Shown in pieces: positions 58,525 to 60,440 of a stretch of DNA of 60,440 nt. A model generated the notes under the pieces. The model saw nothing but the letters and a program-made list of their open reading frames with translations, was not told the DNA's origin and ran no database searches. The stretch lies in the IMG/VR virus record IMGVR_UViG_3300037070_004226, positions 1 through 60,440 of that record; one strand, written 5' to 3'. Position 1 is the stretch's first letter. Each line of letters opens with the position of its first letter. A program made the translations under genes and the position numbers. The DNA comes from a virus (lineage: Duplodnaviria; Caudoviricetes).

Positions 58525-58827
58525 ATGGCCGACAATCTGAGAGTGGATTTCGGAACGTGTGCCGAAGCTCCGATGTACTCGGACTTCGACGACGGGGAAG
58601 TAGGCTACCGTGTCGAGATTTTGACTCATGCCGGTTTCATCAAGAGCAACGGGGTGGAACTCCACCACGACGAGTGGCTGCTGATCCCCACGAAGTTTGC
58701 TCGGAAGCGGGACGCAGAGATGGCGAGACTGGCCCTCATCAAAGCTGGACTGGACAACCCAGAGTCATTGCGGAAGGCCGGCTGGGAAGAAATGCGATTC
58801 GTGATGGCTTCAGCCCTTCAATGGTGA
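58525..58827 (+). CDS. Hypothetical protein (allele B only)
   Basis: GGAG RBS at the end of the non-coding element. Confidence 0.65.
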   Translation: MADNLRVDFGTCAEAPMYSDFDDGEVGYRVEILTHAGFIKSNGVELHHDEWLLIPTKFARKRDAEMARLALIKAGLDNPESLRKAGWEEMRFVMASALQW

Positions 58828-58830
58828 TCC

Positions 58831-59004
58831 ATGAACTACAAGGAATTTCGATCCCTGGTAACGCACCTGCGTTGGGCGCAGAAGGAATACTTCCGCACCC
58901 GAGACAACACCCTGCTGGAAGCGGCGAAGAAGCTGGAGCGGGAGGTGGACAAGGAGCTTCTGGAAACAGGACAGGGGAAGCTGTTCGAGGAGGATGGGAA
59001 GTGA
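58831..59004 (+). CDS. Small hypothetical protein (allele B only)
   Basis: MNYKEFRSLVTHLRWAQKEYFRTR...KKLEREVD; below the ORF-track length cutoff. Confidence 0.6.
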   Translation: MNYKEFRSLVTHLRWAQKEYFRTRDNTLLEAAKKLEREVDKELLETGQGKLFEEDGK

Positions 59005-59255
59005 AGCGTCACACCTACAAAATCAGCACTTGGGATTGCGAGCTAGATCGCTGGCGAGTGGCCTACCGGAGGATCTCCAAGTGGGGAATTCGCCGGAAGC
59101 TGCGGGAACTCTACCGCTGTGGCTGGACGCAAATCTCCGTCCAGGTGAAGGCCGAGACGCACGACCGGCCGGCGGCGCGGTTTGACCGTGACTGGATGGC
59201 TTCGATGTCTCACTCCCCAAGGCTGCGAAAATACTTCAAAGGCATCGAAGCATGA
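59001..59255 (+). CDS. Basic hypothetical protein (allele B only)
   Basis: GTG start overlaps the upstream stop; GAGGAGG RBS. Confidence 0.55.
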   Translation: MKRHTYKISTWDCELDRWRVAYRRISKWGIRRKLRELYRCGWTQISVQVKAETHDRPAARFDRDWMASMSHSPRLRKYFKGIEA

Positions 59256-59560
59256 GCATGTCCGAAGACTTCCAGAAGCGCCAAGCCGAGAAGCCGGACC
59301 AATTCACTTTGGCCTGGTGGAACCAGCAGTACCAGGAACTGCACAAGGATGTCCGCGGAGCAACCCACGCGATTCACCTGGCCTTGGCCGACAATGAGGA
59401 TCTCGGGAAGAGGCTGCTGGCTGCCGAGGACACGATTCATTCCATGAAAGCAGACCGCGAGCTCGACCGGGCCAAGATCGGGGAGCTTCAGGCGAGAGTC
59501 GAGAAGATGGCCGAATTCCTGAACCAGTTGAAACAGAAGAAAACAGGAGAAGCGAAATGA
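59252..59560 (+). CDS. Coiled-coil hypothetical protein (allele B)
   Basis: Homolog of 2105..2404. Confidence 0.8.
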   Translation: MSMSEDFQKRQAEKPDQFTLAWWNQQYQELHKDVRGATHAIHLALADNEDLGKRLLAAEDTIHSMKADRELDRAKIGELQARVEKMAEFLNQLKQKKTGEAK

Positions 59561-60222
59561 GCGAAACGGTAAAACTTGGGGCGATCGTCGAGGGCGAAGC
59601 GGAACGGGACGCGGTGCATGTCGCCTTGGCTCCGGTCGTGGCAGGCGAGAATTTGGAACCCGGAGAACACGTAGGGTTTCTGGAGGGAAACCGCGTGAGC
59701 AAACATGCCGAGAAGAACATCGGCATCGTGGACCCGTTCCTGACAGCCACAGTGCGGGCCGGACAGACGTTCTACCTGTGCCTCTATCCGAACACTGTGA
59801 CGAGCCTACGGCACGACTGGACGCATCCGGCGTTCGCAAAGCTACCATCAGCTCCGCACGGCATGGCGACTCTCAATAGCGAGGCCAGTCCGGAAGAGTT
59901 TGGTATCGCGGCTGACTACTTGGAAGAGCGCGGATTTGAGGCACCGGCGAAGGCGTTACGGGAGGCGAAGCCGAAAGGCGACAAGACTGACGCCGAGCAA
60001 TGGCTCCGCTTCTATGCGAACCGCATGAATCCATACGAAGAGGGTGAGAAGGCGTTTTCGACGCTGATTGACGGCTTGCGGTCTGGCGAGTTGTTCGCGC
60101 ATGGCAGCGACCTTCACGGATTAGCTGAACTTGACGACGCCGACGAATTGAAGAGGCGAGCGGAAATCTATCTCGGCACAAGCATCGACTGGAATGGTTT
60201 CAACTTCTCTTGCTCTTGCTGA
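59557..60222 (+). CDS. Conserved phage hypothetical protein (allele B only)
   Basis: RDAVHVA..GIVDPFL..LYPNTVTSLRHDWTHPAF...FSCSC; internal AADYLEERG segment. Confidence 0.75.
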   Translation: MSETVKLGAIVEGEAERDAVHVALAPVVAGENLEPGEHVGFLEGNRVSKHAEKNIGIVDPFLTATVRAGQTFYLCLYPNTVTSLRHDWTHPAFAKLPSAPHGMATLNSEASPEEFGIAADYLEERGFEAPAKALREAKPKGDKTDAEQWLRFYANRMNPYEEGEKAFSTLIDGLRSGELFAHGSDLHGLAELDDADELKRRAEIYLGTSIDWNGFNFSCSC

Positions 60223-60261
60223 AACCCGGAGCATTTCATCCCTAACCCCCGGAGCCCGCCC

Positions 60262-60440
60262 ATGAGCGAACTCGAAAAACTACGCAGCCTGCTCGAAGAT
60301 CTCTGGTCGTGCTTCGACTGCGGCTACCTTGGAAATCAATGTGGCCACGACGAATCAGAGAATGAGCATGACGATGAAGCCTGCCCGATGTGCGGCTGCC
60401 ATGTCGGCGACGGCTTCGGCATGGCTGAAAACGACCTCTT
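60262..60440 (+). CDS. Cys-rich hypothetical protein, 3'-truncated copy of 2421..2642
   Basis: Identical sequence up to 60436. Confidence 0.7.
   Translation, partial: MSELEKLRSLLEDLWSCFDCGYLGNQCGHDESENEHDDEACPMCGCHVGDGFGMAENDL

Larger units (their letters stand above)
2397..60237. mobile_element. Complete tailed phage genome unit (~57.8 kb), podovirus-like
   Basis: Terminase-portal-scaffold-capsid-adaptor-nozzle-ejection gene order. 2397..2595 is repeated identically at 60238..60436 (offset 57841), allowing circularisation. No host housekeeping genes seen. Confidence 0.9.
57160..60436 (+). repeat. Imperfect terminal direct repeat, copy B
   Basis: Allelic to 1..2595; the last ~199 bp are identical to 2397..2595. 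Confidence 0.95.

Noticed and set aside
60437-60440. Last 4 nt diverge from the repeat copy
   Set aside because: Too short to interpret; probably a contig-end artefact rather than an att site.

Overview
The window is essentially one complete tailed dsDNA phage genome with podovirus-like architecture and a unit length of about 57.8 kb (2397..60237). Its two ends carry two different alleles of the same ~2.4-3 kb region (1..2595 vs 57160..60436). Early and replication genes lie on the + strand (47774..60440 and 1..6406): Rad52/Sak annealase, sigma factor, 5'-3' exonuclease, NinG, CsrA, ParB-like protein, SF2 helicase and many small ORFs. Late genes lie on the - strand (47593..6414): HNH, a frameshifted PAPS-reductase-family gene, terminase, portal, scaffold, capsid, a matrixin-like protease plus holin, G8/beta-helix proteins, adaptor, nozzle, fibre, ejection proteins and a ~2480-aa polyvalent protein. 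A Planctomycetota-like host is suggested but not proven. The most striking feature is a candidate virion 'mucin-type' O-glycosylation system inside the structural operon. Four putative virion genes carry long Ser/Pro/Ala/Thr (SxSxS) tracts, about 600 residues in total. They flank a translationally coupled cassette of three GT-A glycosyltransferases and a SAM methyltransferase, and one of the transferases has the signature motifs of polypeptide GalNAc-transferases. A ~230-nt structured non-coding element shows compensatory changes between its two copies. All functional calls come from motif recognition by eye; no searches were run.
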